NCBI GenBank assembly: GCA_938045545.1
Contig: CALIBN010000043.1
Coordinates: 1-29,977 of the forward strand
Length of the DNA stretch: 29,977 nucleotides
Direction: 5' to 3'
Origin: an uncultured archaeon
Lineage (GTDB): Archaea > Thermoproteota > EX4484-205 > JAAOZP01
Part shown: piece after piece, positions 8,935-18,267 of the stretch
Layout of the letters: each line of letters starts with the position of its first letter
Numbering within the stretch: position 1 is the stretch's first letter
Notes under the pieces: generated by a model
Databases searched by the model: none
Told to the model about the DNA's origin: nothing
What the model saw: only the letters and a program-made list of their open reading frames with translations
Made by a program: the position numbers and the translations under genes

Positions 8935-9700
8935 CTTACTCTGAAAACAGAAAGGGCGAGACTGCTTCAACACTATTCTTATTAATCCACCCTTCAGAGG
9001 GGAGCATGGGAATAAGCCTTAAGAAGGACCCAGGCCCTCGCCCCCTAGATTCATAGCATACCGATTGTTAATCGACACGGAGAAAAGGAAACTGTGCATT
9101 ATCTACGAGGTTTACTGGAGCAGGCAGGACTGCACATGGAGAAAACTGAACAAGGATCATAATCATGATTATGAGCATTGCAGATTCATTTCGACGCGGC
9201 GGCGGGAACGATGGAGAAGGTTATTGTCTCCTCCACTGGGCCCATGGAGCACGAGGGCACGGCGTAGAAGTCCTCTCGAAAACCCGTGAGGCTTAGAGTA
9301 GGAGAGTACGTCACCCCGCCCCAGGGAAAGTTCCCCCTGGGGAGGACCCGGGGGAAGAAGGAATGCGACTGGAATCAGAGAGATCCCTGTTGAGCTGCCC
9401 GCCTTTTAGGGAAAGAGGCCCATCGTACTTGTTGTGAACCGCTACCACGTTTTCACAGGCTTGAAGAGGACGCTTAGGCCAGAGGAGAAGTTTGAGTTGA
9501 AAACCCGCTTGAGAAAACTCGACCGGAAACTACTGGAGAAATGGTATTACCAGCATTTCGGAGACGGTTCAGCCACGACGTCTCCAACCCTTTCAAGGAG
9601 CCTCATATCATGCATTATCCTCCGCCTGAAGACGGGTTGTCCAGACTAGTCTACAGCCTGTTGTACGCGTACGCCTCCGTAGAGATTTTTTCTCCTACCC
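8935..9700 (+). pseudogene. Multiply frameshifted gene, possibly NPP1/Vps62-like fold
   Basis: Coding-like segments alternate between frames: LFLLIHPSE; FIAYRLLIDTEKRKLCIIYEVYWSRQD...DHNHDYE; LQIHFD...EKVIVSSTGP; HGVEV; IREIPVELPAF*GKRPIVLVVNRYHVF...WYYQHF; FSHDVSNPF...YPPPED. In-frame TAG at 9407-9409. Boundaries approximate. Confidence 0.65.
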
Positions 9701-9823
9701 GTTTAGAATGCTTAGTGAACGCTAAAAAGCGGATTGGAACAGGGTGGGAGACGTTAGACCAGTGGGGAACAGTTATTTAGCTTAGCCGGGCAGTTCTCAG
9801 ACAGTAAAAGACGGTGGTCAGTC

Positions 9824-10500
9824 ATGATAGGGCCGGTTCACGGTCTCGCAGGATACTTGGTTGCCTACGCTGCTCTAACAAGGCTTAGGAGCAACGGGCC
9901 CCGCGACGGCGTGCTTGCAGCCATGCTTGGAGTAGCTCCCGACGTTGACTACGCTTCCCCGCTTCCGTTCGGCACGCCTCTCGGACACCACGGGCTGACT
10001 CATTCACCATCCCTGCTGATTCTGGTTTCCACGCCTTTTTCGCCAAGCACGGGTTGAAGGCTTCACCATACTTCTTAGCACTCATGTCGCACATCATGCT
10101 TGATTTTATTGACAACACTGTCCCCCTGCTGGCACCGTTCTCCTGGGAGGAATACGGGTTGAACCTCGCGTTCTCACACCCGTTTGCAGCTTATTGTCTG
10201 CAACTAGCCATAACAATGGTCTCAGCGTACGTTATTTTAAGGAAACCCGGTTGTCTCGCAATATCTCTACCCGACAAGTACGATAGGCTTGCGACGCCCG
10301 CCCTAGCGGTATGCGTACCCGCCTCCCCGTTCATACTCTGGTTCTTACACGAGGAGTCTGAGCGGTTTTTCGGCTACCCGCTGCATGCTTACCCCATAGT
10401 GTTCGTCACCCTAGCATTATCCTCGGCGCTCATTCTCCTGATCCTGGCGCTGAACAGCAGGCTCCTAGCTAGGAGAATCCTGAAACAGAAGACTCTTTGA
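9824..10500 (+). pseudogene. Metal-dependent membrane hydrolase (YdjM/LexA-binding family), split by one frameshift
   Basis: First frame has VHGLAG, APDVD and HHGLTHS; second frame has SHIMLD. Adding one T to the T5 run at 10036-10040 joins them (..TPFFAKHGLKASPY..). May be a sequencing error. Confidence 0.85.
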
Positions 10501-10784
10501 TAAACAGGATTTTTAAAGAGCAACTGCGGGCCTTAGACGGGCTTCCGCGGCTCAGCCTTTTAATCTATGCTGACTGAGGCTTGCAGCCATAAAGATCATT
10601 CTGCTTCTAGAAGTGTTGAGGACTAGAAACCTGTTCTCCATGTTGACTGTGCTGCATGAAAGGTTCAGGAGCGTTGAGGGTGGAAACTGGACGGAAGGGT
10701 TTAGACGGTATCTTTTCGAAAAACTGGGGGAGCAGCTGGAGACCAGTGGTTAAAGCTTTAAAACATAAAATAATGTGCAACACT

Positions 10785-11333
10785 ATGAATAAGGTTCAGA
10801 GGAGGGTTCTCAGGCTTGAGCTTGCGGGAGCAGTTTTCATAATCCTACTGGGGAGCATGCTGCACTTCACCTTCGAACTTTCCGGGCGCAACCCGGTTGT
10901 CGGAGTTTTCTCCGCCGTCAACGAAAGCGTCTGGGAGCATTTGAAGCTGGCCTACTGGCCGGCAGTAGCATACATGGGGGTTGAGCACAGAAGGTTGAAG
11001 ACTGTCAGCAGCTTTCTAACAGCTAAAGCCATCGGGATCTGCCTTACGCCAGTTATTATCGTCTCGTCATTCTACGCTTACAATGTTTTCATCGAGGAGA
11101 ACCTTCTGCTGGACATTGTGATTTTCATCGCCGCCGTAGTAACCGGGCAGCTGGCAAGCTACAGGCTTATGACGAGGGAAAACCTAGGTGCCTACGGGAG
11201 GATCAGCCTGATCGCCCTGGTCTCAATGGCTATTGTTTTCACGGTTTTCACCTTCCACCCGCCTAAGCTAGAGGTTTTCCGGGACCCTGTGAGCGGCAAC
11301 TACGGGTTTCAGGGTTTTAGCAAGCCGGGCTAA
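10785..11333 (+). CDS. DUF6512-like membrane protein
   Basis: GSMLHFTF...NESVWEHLKL signature, several TM segments and C-terminal PP...F.DP..G.YG. CTTTAAAA at about 10756-10763 supports ATG 10785 rather than 10656. Confidence 0.8.
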   Translation: MNKVQRRVLRLELAGAVFIILLGSMLHFTFELSGRNPVVGVFSAVNESVWEHLKLAYWPAVAYMGVEHRRLKTVSSFLTAKAIGICLTPVIIVSSFYAYNVFIEENLLLDIVIFIAAVVTGQLASYRLMTRENLGAYGRISLIALVSMAIVFTVFTFHPPKLEVFRDPVSGNYGFQGFSKPG

Positions 11334-11348
11334 GCCTGGAGACAGGTG

Positions 11349-11360
11349 TAGCACGCACCA
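11349..11360. repeat. Intergenic RY pseudo-palindrome copy
   Basis: TAGCACGCACCA, 15 nt after the DUF6512-like stop. AGGTGTAGCACGC (11344-11356) recurs exactly at 26943-26955. Confidence 0.55.
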
Positions 11361-11418
11361 CATCCTAGGCGGTGTTCAACAGTTGAAGCTTATATTTCTG
11401 AGCGGTGGCTTTAATCCC

Positions 11419-12849
11419 ATGATGGACAGGGCTAGGGTTTACAGGCAGATGGAGAAGGATTTTGAAAAGCATGTTGAAAACCTTCTAAGGTTCGTCAGAC
11501 AGCCCTCGGTTTCGCCTCAGAACATCGGCGTCAGGGATGCTGCGGAGCTTCTGAGAGAAATGGCTGGCGGGGCAGGCTTCAGGAACACGAGGCTCGTTGA
11601 AACCTCTGGAAACCCGGTTGTATACGGGGAGCTTGACGTCGGCGCCCCCGTGACCATGCTTGTCTACACGATGTACGACACGATGCCTGCCGACGAACCA
11701 GGGTGGACCGTGGACCCTTTCGCAGGAGAGATACGGAGGGTTGAGCCGTTCGGAGAAACCCTGATAGCAAGGGGAGCGGTGAACACGAAGGGGCCTCTCG
11801 TAGCATTCCTCAACACTGTGAAGGCTATTGTTGAAAGCGGGCAGGAGCCTCCGGTCAACCTGGTTTTCGCCGCGGAAGGCGAGGAGGAGCTTGGAAGCAA
11901 AAACCTGCCGGAGTTCATAAGGAAATGCGAGAGCCAGCTTAAGAAGGCGGACGTGCTCTTCTTCCCGGGCGCCAGCCAGAATTCAAAGGGCAAGGCGATA
12001 GTGACCCTGGGGGTTAAGGGGATAGTCTACTTCGAGCTTGAGCTAGACGGCAAGCAGTGGGGCAGGGGGCCGACGGAGTTCGGCATACATGGCAGCAACA
12101 AGGCTTGGGTGGACAGCCCGGCTTGGAGAATGGTGAAAGCGCTTTCAACAATGGTTGACGAAACAGGGAACAGGGTTCTAGTCGAAGGCTTCTACGACGA
12201 CGTCAAGGTGCCCAGTGAAGAGGACGAGGCTCTTCTCAGCAGGCTGGCTGAAACCTTCGACGAGCAGGAGGTTAAGGAGAGGATGAGGGTGGAGCGCTTC
12301 ATAGAAGACCTCCACGGGGTTGAAGCACTTAGGAAATACTTGTTCACACCGACCCTGAACATAGATGGATTATGGTCCGGGTACACGGGGCCCGGATCGA
12401 AGACACTGCTGCCCCACAGGATTACTGTGAAGATGGATGTTAGACTAGTGCCCCAGATGCAGGTTGAGAAAACGATGAGCCTGATTAGAAGCCACTTGGA
12501 CAAGCATGGGTTCAGCGAGATAAGGATAAGGAGGCTTGAAGAAGGCTACGGCTGGGCCAGGATGAGCGTCAACTCGCCTTACACGAAGGCTCTTCTAAGA
12601 GCGTTTGAAGAGTTCAACGTTGAAATCGAAATATGGCCGACCATAGCGGGGAGCGCGCCGTTCTCAATGTTCGCAGCACCGCCCCTCGGGCTTCCCTTCA
12701 TGGTTGGAGGAATGGGCCACGGCGGCCTGGCGCACTCGCCCAACGAGTACCTGGTCATAGGGGAGGGGGGACCGACTGGGGGTCTTTTAACGATGGAGAA
12801 GTCTTTCGCCGCAATACTCGACAAAGTTTCAACGCTGAAGAACTTTTAG
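11419..12849 (+). CDS. M20/M25/M40 family metallo-hydrolase (dipeptidase/ArgE-DapE-like)
   Basis: Motifs GNPVVYG, YTMYDTMP (His ligand replaced by Met), ARGAVNTKG, EGEEELGS, PTLNIDG, GYTGPGSKT and AHSPNE. TATA-like CTTATATT about 25 nt before ATG 11419. Confidence 0.92.
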   Translation: MMDRARVYRQMEKDFEKHVENLLRFVRQPSVSPQNIGVRDAAELLREMAGGAGFRNTRLVETSGNPVVYGELDVGAPVTMLVYTMYDTMPADEPGWTVDPFAGEIRRVEPFGETLIARGAVNTKGPLVAFLNTVKAIVESGQEPPVNLVFAAEGEEELGSKNLPEFIRKCESQLKKADVLFFPGASQNSKGKAIVTLGVKGIVYFELELDGKQWGRGPTEFGIHGSNKAWVDSPAWRMVKALSTMVDETGNRVLVEGFYDDVKVPSEEDEALLSRLAETFDEQEVKERMRVERFIEDLHGVEALRKYLFTPTLNIDGLWSGYTGPGSKTLLPHRITVKMDVRLVPQMQVEKTMSLIRSHLDKHGFSEIRIRRLEEGYGWARMSVNSPYTKALLRAFEEFNVEIEIWPTIAGSAPFSMFAAPPLGLPFMVGGMGHGGLAHSPNEYLVIGEGGPTGGLLTMEKSFAAILDKVSTLKNF

Positions 12850-12980
12850 CAGTCACCTGAGCTTAAGCTTGGCTGGCTTGCGCGCGCTTCCTCCAAGCCT
12901 GTATTGCACAGCCAGGTTAAGCGCAACCCTTGAGGTTTTCTTCGTCCGACCGAAGAATTCAACGTACGGGGTATATCAAC

Positions 12981-13038
12981 AGCATTCTCAGCGCGCGCAT
13001 AGCACAGTATGTTTGTGTCAAGCGCACGCTAGAATGCT
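12981..13038. repeat. Imperfect inverted repeat (hairpin) built from two copies of the intergenic RY motif
   Basis: Left arm AGCATTCT-C-AGCGCGCGC (12981-12998), right arm GCGCACGCT-AGAATGCT (13022-13038). 17 pairs, with one bulged C and one mismatch. Confidence 0.8.
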
Positions 13039-13236
13039 AAAGACGATTATAAGTCAGGCTGGTTCAAAGTTGAAGAAACCATTAAGATTCTAATTTCCAG
13101 CCTCTTAATAGACTAGGTTGTAAGGCTGCGAGCATAACTGCTTAAAGCAACCCCTATTCTACGCTCTCGTAGACCATTCGAAGCCGGTGTTAAACAGATA
13201 TTAATCTACCGTTAGCTGGTTTCTCAAGGTTTTCGG

Positions 13237-13677
13237 ATGGGAAAAAAGAATGCGAAGCATACGGCGGAAAGCTTTGCCGAGGTTCGTTTCATAGGCTTCG
13301 TCGAGAGCGCTGGAGAAGACTGGGCGAGGATACGGATCTACCCGGAGTTTTGCAACGGGCTTAGGGGCATAGAGGGTTTTTCACACTTGATAGTGCTATA
13401 CTGGCTTCACCTGCGCGACAGTGAGGAGAGGCGAACCCTGCTCGTCTACCTGAAGAGGCATACGGTAAACGTTTTAACCGGGGTCTTCGCATGCAGGAGC
13501 CCAGCCCGCCCAAACCCGGTGGGAATATGCGTCGTCGAACTCTTAAAAAGAGAGGAGTGCAGCCTGACGGTCAGGGGGCTGGACGCTTTTGAAAAATCCC
13601 CGGTGATGGACATAAAGCCCTATATTCCGAGGATAGACTCGGTTGAGAAAGCGTGGACACCCGAATGGGCATGCTAG
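13237..13677 (+). CDS. trmO: tRNA (N6-threonylcarbamoyladenosine(37)-N6)-methyltransferase, TrmO/TsaA family (short form)
   Basis: Motifs GIEGFSHLIVLYWLH, GVFACRSPARPNPVG and GLDA...SPVMDIKPY. Confidence 0.9.
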   Translation: MGKKNAKHTAESFAEVRFIGFVESAGEDWARIRIYPEFCNGLRGIEGFSHLIVLYWLHLRDSEERRTLLVYLKRHTVNVLTGVFACRSPARPNPVGICVVELLKREECSLTVRGLDAFEKSPVMDIKPYIPRIDSVEKAWTPEWAC

Positions 13678-13740
13678 AAGGAACGGGTTTAATAACACGA
13701 CCAGTGAAGCTGGGGCGCGGAGCCTTTTTCCACGGGTTCT

Positions 13741-14601
13741 TCAGAAAGGTAGACCCGCTTCCAGCCAGACTTTTTTCAACGCTTCACCAGTAGTCTTCAC
13801 AGCCTCCTCGGGGCTCATCCTGCTTACCTTCTCGCTGAAAGGCTCAGGAGTCACCGGGCCGTCGTAGCCGATGCTTTTCAAAGCCTTAAGGAAACCAGCC
13901 AGGTTGATTACGCCCGTCTCCCCGGGGAGACACCTAACGTTGTCGAGAAGCCTGTCTAAAGACACGTTGACAGGAGCATCGTTAACATGCACGTAGACAA
14001 CATCCCTCCCGCGGAGCCTCAAAATATCCTCGATGGTTCCGCGGGAAGCATACCAGTGCCAACTGTCCAGCAGGAGGCCGACGTTTCCGTACTCCAATGC
14101 TCTGCACAATCCCATCATACCGTTTAAATCATGGATGAAAACATGCTTACGATTGGCCCTGAGAGACTCGGTGCCTATGAACTCCAGCCCAAGCATGCAG
14201 CCGTTGTCGGACAATACTCTGGCCACTGGCTTAAGCCTTGAAACATGCCAGTTGAAGTTCTCTTCGAAAGGCTTGTCGTCGGAGAAAGGCATTATGAAGG
14301 TGAAAGCCCTTGGGCAGCCTATTTCAGCAGCCAGGGAAGCCAGACGGCTGAGAACAGTTAAACCCTTCTCGTAAGCATGCTCGTCGCCACGCCAGTTGAA
14401 AGGCAGACCCCAGCCCCCGGGCCTTACCCCGGCTTCTTCAAAAAGGCTCCTCACGTAGCTGAGAGGTTTCTCCTCGACAAGCCTCGAGGCCTCAGCCATG
14501 TCCACCTCGACGCCTTGAAAACCACCGGTCCTGGCGAGCATAATGTTTTCAGACAGGGGTTTCTGAACACCTATGGCGCCGGGGCTCAGGTTTCTAAACA
14601 T
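13741..14601 (-). CDS. Sugar phosphate isomerase/epimerase (xylose-isomerase-like TIM barrel)
   Basis: Metal ligands in GFQGVE, LGLEF, LLLDSWHW, VHVND, LPGETG and VTPEPF. CTTTTAAG (minus strand, 14631-14624) fits ATG 14601. Confidence 0.92.
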   Translation of the reverse strand: MFRNLSPGAIGVQKPLSENIMLARTGGFQGVEVDMAEASRLVEEKPLSYVRSLFEEAGVRPGGWGLPFNWRGDEHAYEKGLTVLSRLASLAAEIGCPRAFTFIMPFSDDKPFEENFNWHVSRLKPVARVLSDNGCMLGLEFIGTESLRANRKHVFIHDLNGMMGLCRALEYGNVGLLLDSWHWYASRGTIEDILRLRGRDVVYVHVNDAPVNVSLDRLLDNVRCLPGETGVINLAGFLKALKSIGYDGPVTPEPFSEKVSRMSPEEAVKTTGEALKKVWLEAGLPF

Positions 14602-14665
14602 GGCTTTAAACGTGTTTTCAACCCTTAAAAGCATTTAGAACGTGAGCCTGAGGAGATTTGGGAAA

Positions 14666-15676
14666 CTAGCCTATTCTAATCCTTCTACCCGTGTCAAAAC
14701 TCTTAACGATAGCGTCAAGCGTTTTCAAAGCGTAGTAAGCATCCTCAGCGTCAGCGTGGGGACGCTCCCCTGAAAGAACGCTTTGAGCGAAGACCTCGAG
14801 CTCCTCAACGTAGCCCGGGCGGGACACACCCCTGTAGTGGCTTCCATGCTCGAAAACCAGCGTTTGAATCGCAGAGGGGTCAGTCGGCTCAATCCATCTT
14901 TCCCTACTCGCGTACCTCAGCCTCTTAAACTGCTCAGCCTCAGCCCAGCCCCCGGTTCCCTGAACACCCACGCGCTCGTAGAACAACGGGGAGCAGCCGG
15001 CTAGCGTGAAAGAGCCCACGGCGCCTGAGGCGAACCCTAGGGAAGCGGAGACCACGAGCCTCCTGCCCTCCTCCGCAACGCCCCGGGCCTCAGCCTCGAC
15101 AACCCTTCCCCCCAGGAACTGCAGGCAGTCCATCGGGTGGATCGCCTGGTTAAGCATGAAGCCCCATTCGAAGGAAAGGCCCCAGGCGCCCCGGGTGTCG
15201 GGAGCGAGATAAGTGGCTTCAAGACGGAAAACCTCGCCGAAAGCCTCCTTCTCGGAGAGCGTTTTAAGAGCCCTGTGGACAGGCATGTGGCGCCAATGGG
15301 TGCCGACCATGCAGATCCTCCCGGAAGCCTTCATCGCCTCCATAAGCCTCCTGGCACCGTCCAGGGTTAGGGAAGGAGGCTTCTCAACGAAAACGTGCAG
15401 ACCCTTCTTCAAGCATGATACTCCGGCTTCCTCGTGAAGCTGGGGAGGGCCCACGATTACGACGGCGTCGGGAGACTCCTCATCAACCATTTCAACGTAG
15501 TCAGTATAGGTTTTCCTGGCTCCGAAGCGCCTCGCAGCCTCCCTAGCCTTCTCCACGTCAAGGTCGCAGGCAGCCACGTAGTCGAACCGTGGAATGAGCG
15601 AGACAGCGGGCTGAAGACTCTCCATGGAATGGTGGCCGCAGCCGATGAAGCAAACGCGAACCCTCTTCTCAACCAT
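14666..15676 (-). CDS. Gfo/Idh/MocA family oxidoreductase
   Basis: Motifs FIGCG, AACD, HVFVEKP and QAIHPMD. Confidence 0.94.
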   Translation of the reverse strand: MVEKRVRVCFIGCGHHSMESLQPAVSLIPRFDYVAACDLDVEKAREAARRFGARKTYTDYVEMVDEESPDAVVIVGPPQLHEEAGVSCLKKGLHVFVEKPPSLTLDGARRLMEAMKASGRICMVGTHWRHMPVHRALKTLSEKEAFGEVFRLEATYLAPDTRGAWGLSFEWGFMLNQAIHPMDCLQFLGGRVVEAEARGVAEEGRRLVVSASLGFASGAVGSFTLAGCSPLFYERVGVQGTGGWAEAEQFKRLRYASRERWIEPTDPSAIQTLVFEHGSHYRGVSRPGYVEELEVFAQSVLSGERPHADAEDAYYALKTLDAIVKSFDTGRRIRIG

Positions 15677-15785
15677 CTGAGAACACCCTGTTGGAAAAAC
15701 GGTGGTGACGAATTTAAGCGTTCACACGTTTTCAATCAAAACCGGGAACCTCTTTAAACAGGCTGCCCTGCTCCTGAAGAACCCG

Positions 15786-16478
15786 CTATTCAACGGGTTT
15801 TCTAGGCCGGCGTTTCCTCTGTTTCAACAACCATTCGTAGAGCTTAGGATTATCGTAGGTGACTGTCCACGAGTCGTGGCCCAAGTCGGGATAGACCGTG
15901 AGCCTCACTTTCCCACCGATTTTCTTAAGAGCCTCGTAAAGCTGCTTCGAGTTGTCAACAGGCACAAGCTCATCCTTAGCGCCGTGGAAAATCCAGATCG
16001 GAATGTCTTTCAAAGCCCTTATCCGTTCTTGAAACTTTTCATCCGGAAACATGCCTCCGCATATTGGGACAACGGCGGCGAAGAGCTCAGGATAGGCGGA
16101 GGCCAGGTGCCAGGCTCCGAAGCCACCCATGCTCAGCCCAGTGAGGTAGACGCGCGTCTCGTCGATACGATACCGTTTCAAAGAGTCCAGGAGAAGGTCG
16201 CGAAGCTCATCCACCATCATAGGCCACATGGAGTACGACGGGCACTGGGGCGAGATGGCGATGAACGGGAAGCCCGGTTTCTCCTCGACGATCTTCGGGA
16301 CCCCATGCTTCTTGACGAGCTCAAGGTTGTCTCCCCTCTCACCCATTCCATGCAGGAAAAGGATCGTAGGCCACTTAGCATTAGGCTTCCTATCATAGTC
16401 TTCAGGCAGGTAGAGCAAGTATTTGATGGAGACCTTCTTCACAACCTCCTCTTCAAACACTTGCGCAGTCTGACTCAT
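15786..16478 (-). CDS. Alpha/beta hydrolase (predicted peptidase/phospholipase-carboxylesterase)
   Basis: FLHGMGERG, nucleophile GLSMGG, FHGAKD (Asp) and GHDSW (His). TTTATATAAA at 16502-16511. Confidence 0.92.
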   Translation of the reverse strand: MSQTAQVFEEEVVKKVSIKYLLYLPEDYDRKPNAKWPTILFLHGMGERGDNLELVKKHGVPKIVEEKPGFPFIAISPQCPSYSMWPMMVDELRDLLLDSLKRYRIDETRVYLTGLSMGGFGAWHLASAYPELFAAVVPICGGMFPDEKFQERIRALKDIPIWIFHGAKDELVPVDNSKQLYEALKKIGGKVRLTVYPDLGHDSWTVTYDNPKLYEWLLKQRKRRPRKPVE

Positions 16479-16881
16479 AAACCATTATCTACTGAACCGG
16501 GTTTATATAAACATGGGGACTGAGCGCCGCCGAACTGTTTCTGCAAGCCGTGCCACTATCATGAATCATCGTGCTTGCGACATCCGAAGCCTGTGGAATA
16601 GGTCGTTTTAGAGAGGGTTTAGCCCTCGTTCCCCTGCAGAAGGAGGCGGCAGCCTTACAATTAGGCTGCGAGGGACCTAGGGTGGCGCGCTAGCCGACTC
16701 GTGAAGAGATTTAGAAACATAGGGCTAAACGCTCTTAAGTGTTTTAACCGCTAAGCGTGGTTTTTTCGACGTGAACTTAAGCTTGATTACAGGAGGCGAG
16801 CAAAGGGGGTTCGCCTAAGGCGAGCGAAGTTTCACCTATACGCTTTCAAAGGGGGTTGTCTCAGAGCCGCGGGTTTTGGAG

Positions 16882-18096
16882 TTAACCAGCAGCATCTTGT
16901 TCCTGAGATTTTATCAGCTTCCTGTAGTATTCGCCTGTTGAAGAGAATTTTCCAGCCATGATGTTCTTAACGGCTTCCCTGTTCACCATCTCGCTTAATT
17001 CACTGTAGGATAGTCGAGCAGTGTTCCAATTATAGTCGACATAGGCGAAGAAGTACGTGCTCCAGAAGGGCGAGACATATTCTATCCCGTTCACTCTCGC
17101 AGATTTCACCAGCACGGCGAGAAACAGCTGGTCCAGGGGGGCCCAGAAGCTGTAGGCATCTAGGCGGAAGACCTCTGCGGTCGCGGCAACGTTAGGCACT
17201 GACCTGTCAACCTTGTAGAGCCAAGCCTCATTCACCATGATCTTCTTGCCGTGCCGCCTAGCGATCTCTGAGACGGCATCTATGTTGTAGAGCAGTTTTC
17301 CAAAAACAGGATACACATGTATCACGATGAAATCCAGACCGGTTTCGTTGCAGAAACGCTTAACGTACTCTATGTTGCCCCAGTTTCCTATGCCTGCGCC
17401 AATCTTAGTAACGCCCTTTTCAAGGCCGTTTAAAACGTAGTTTACGAGTTCAACGTATTTCTCAGGATTTTTTAACTCGCTTAACCCGAGTAGGCCGGAT
17501 TCAGTATCTGGTTCAGCGCCGATTGTAAGATAATCCGGCCGCAGGCTCGTAAGAATGTTAATGATCATCTGCCTCTTCTTCACCTTGTAGTCCTCGAAAG
17601 TGAGCCCTGAGTAGTTTAATCTCAGCCTTGAAAATGGTGTTCCAGAAAAAACAACCCCTGCTTCGACATCAAGCTTCATTCCCCGAGCCCTCACTTCTTC
17701 AGCAACCTGCCTGTAGAACTCAACATACTCCTGATAACGGTCGAATCCTTGGAGGTACAACGGATAGTTTATCGCTATCGTTACACCTTGGACGCCGAGC
17801 TCCTTAAGGCGGTCAAGATATGTCTTTACACCCTCGATAGCCCCTGGATTCAGCAGGTCCGGTCCACGGTTAGCGTTTGCAGGCAGAAGCTCGGCGCCGA
17901 AAATAATCCTATGAGCCTCGTTTACGTTTTTAGAGTCTAAGTGCCTCTCATAATCCTCTAGACTCGCCTTGAGCCCCGAATAGAGTTCACGATATTCGCG
18001 TGGGACGTTTCCCCTAAGGATTCCCAGGATTAAAACTGTTGCAAGGAACAGGATAAAGAGGAACAGGATGATGGCGATTAGTAATGGGCTTTTCAC
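16882..18096 (-). CDS. Membrane-anchored putative glycoside hydrolase (GH-A clan-like TIM barrel)
   Basis: N-terminal TM helix, IGAEPD (acid/base Glu), DFIVIHVYP and KKIMVNEAW (nucleophile Glu). Confidence 0.72.
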   Translation of the reverse strand: MKSPLLIAIILFLFILFLATVLILGILRGNVPREYRELYSGLKASLEDYERHLDSKNVNEAHRIIFGAELLPANANRGPDLLNPGAIEGVKTYLDRLKELGVQGVTIAINYPLYLQGFDRYQEYVEFYRQVAEEVRARGMKLDVEAGVVFSGTPFSRLRLNYSGLTFEDYKVKKRQMIINILTSLRPDYLTIGAEPDTESGLLGLSELKNPEKYVELVNYVLNGLEKGVTKIGAGIGNWGNIEYVKRFCNETGLDFIVIHVYPVFGKLLYNIDAVSEIARRHGKKIMVNEAWLYKVDRSVPNVAATAEVFRLDAYSFWAPLDQLFLAVLVKSARVNGIEYVSPFWSTYFFAYVDYNWNTARLSYSELSEMVNREAVKNIMAGKFSSTGEYYRKLIKSQEQDAAG

Positions 18097-18267
18097 AACT
18101 ATCCTGCTTAAAGTTAAGCCTATAAATTTATTCCTGTGGAAGATGATACATGGTGGCCCTATGCGAGAGGATTAGCAAAAACCCTATGAGAATTAAACGT
18201 GATTTAAACTGGAAGATTGCAGACTGGTGGGGAAAACTATAGGGCGCGGCCAGAAATACAGGCGCCT

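Noticed and set aside
10656-10784. N-terminal extension of the DUF6512-like ORF
   Set aside because: Contains the TATA-like box for ATG 10785, so it is likely not translated.
12869-13093. 74-aa ORF across the intergenic hairpin
   Set aside because: Runs through repeat motifs, has no promoter-like signal, and its composition is not protein-like.
15702-16523. 273-aa plus-strand ORF
   Set aside because: Antisense to the alpha/beta hydrolase, which has a full catalytic triad. No recognisable features.
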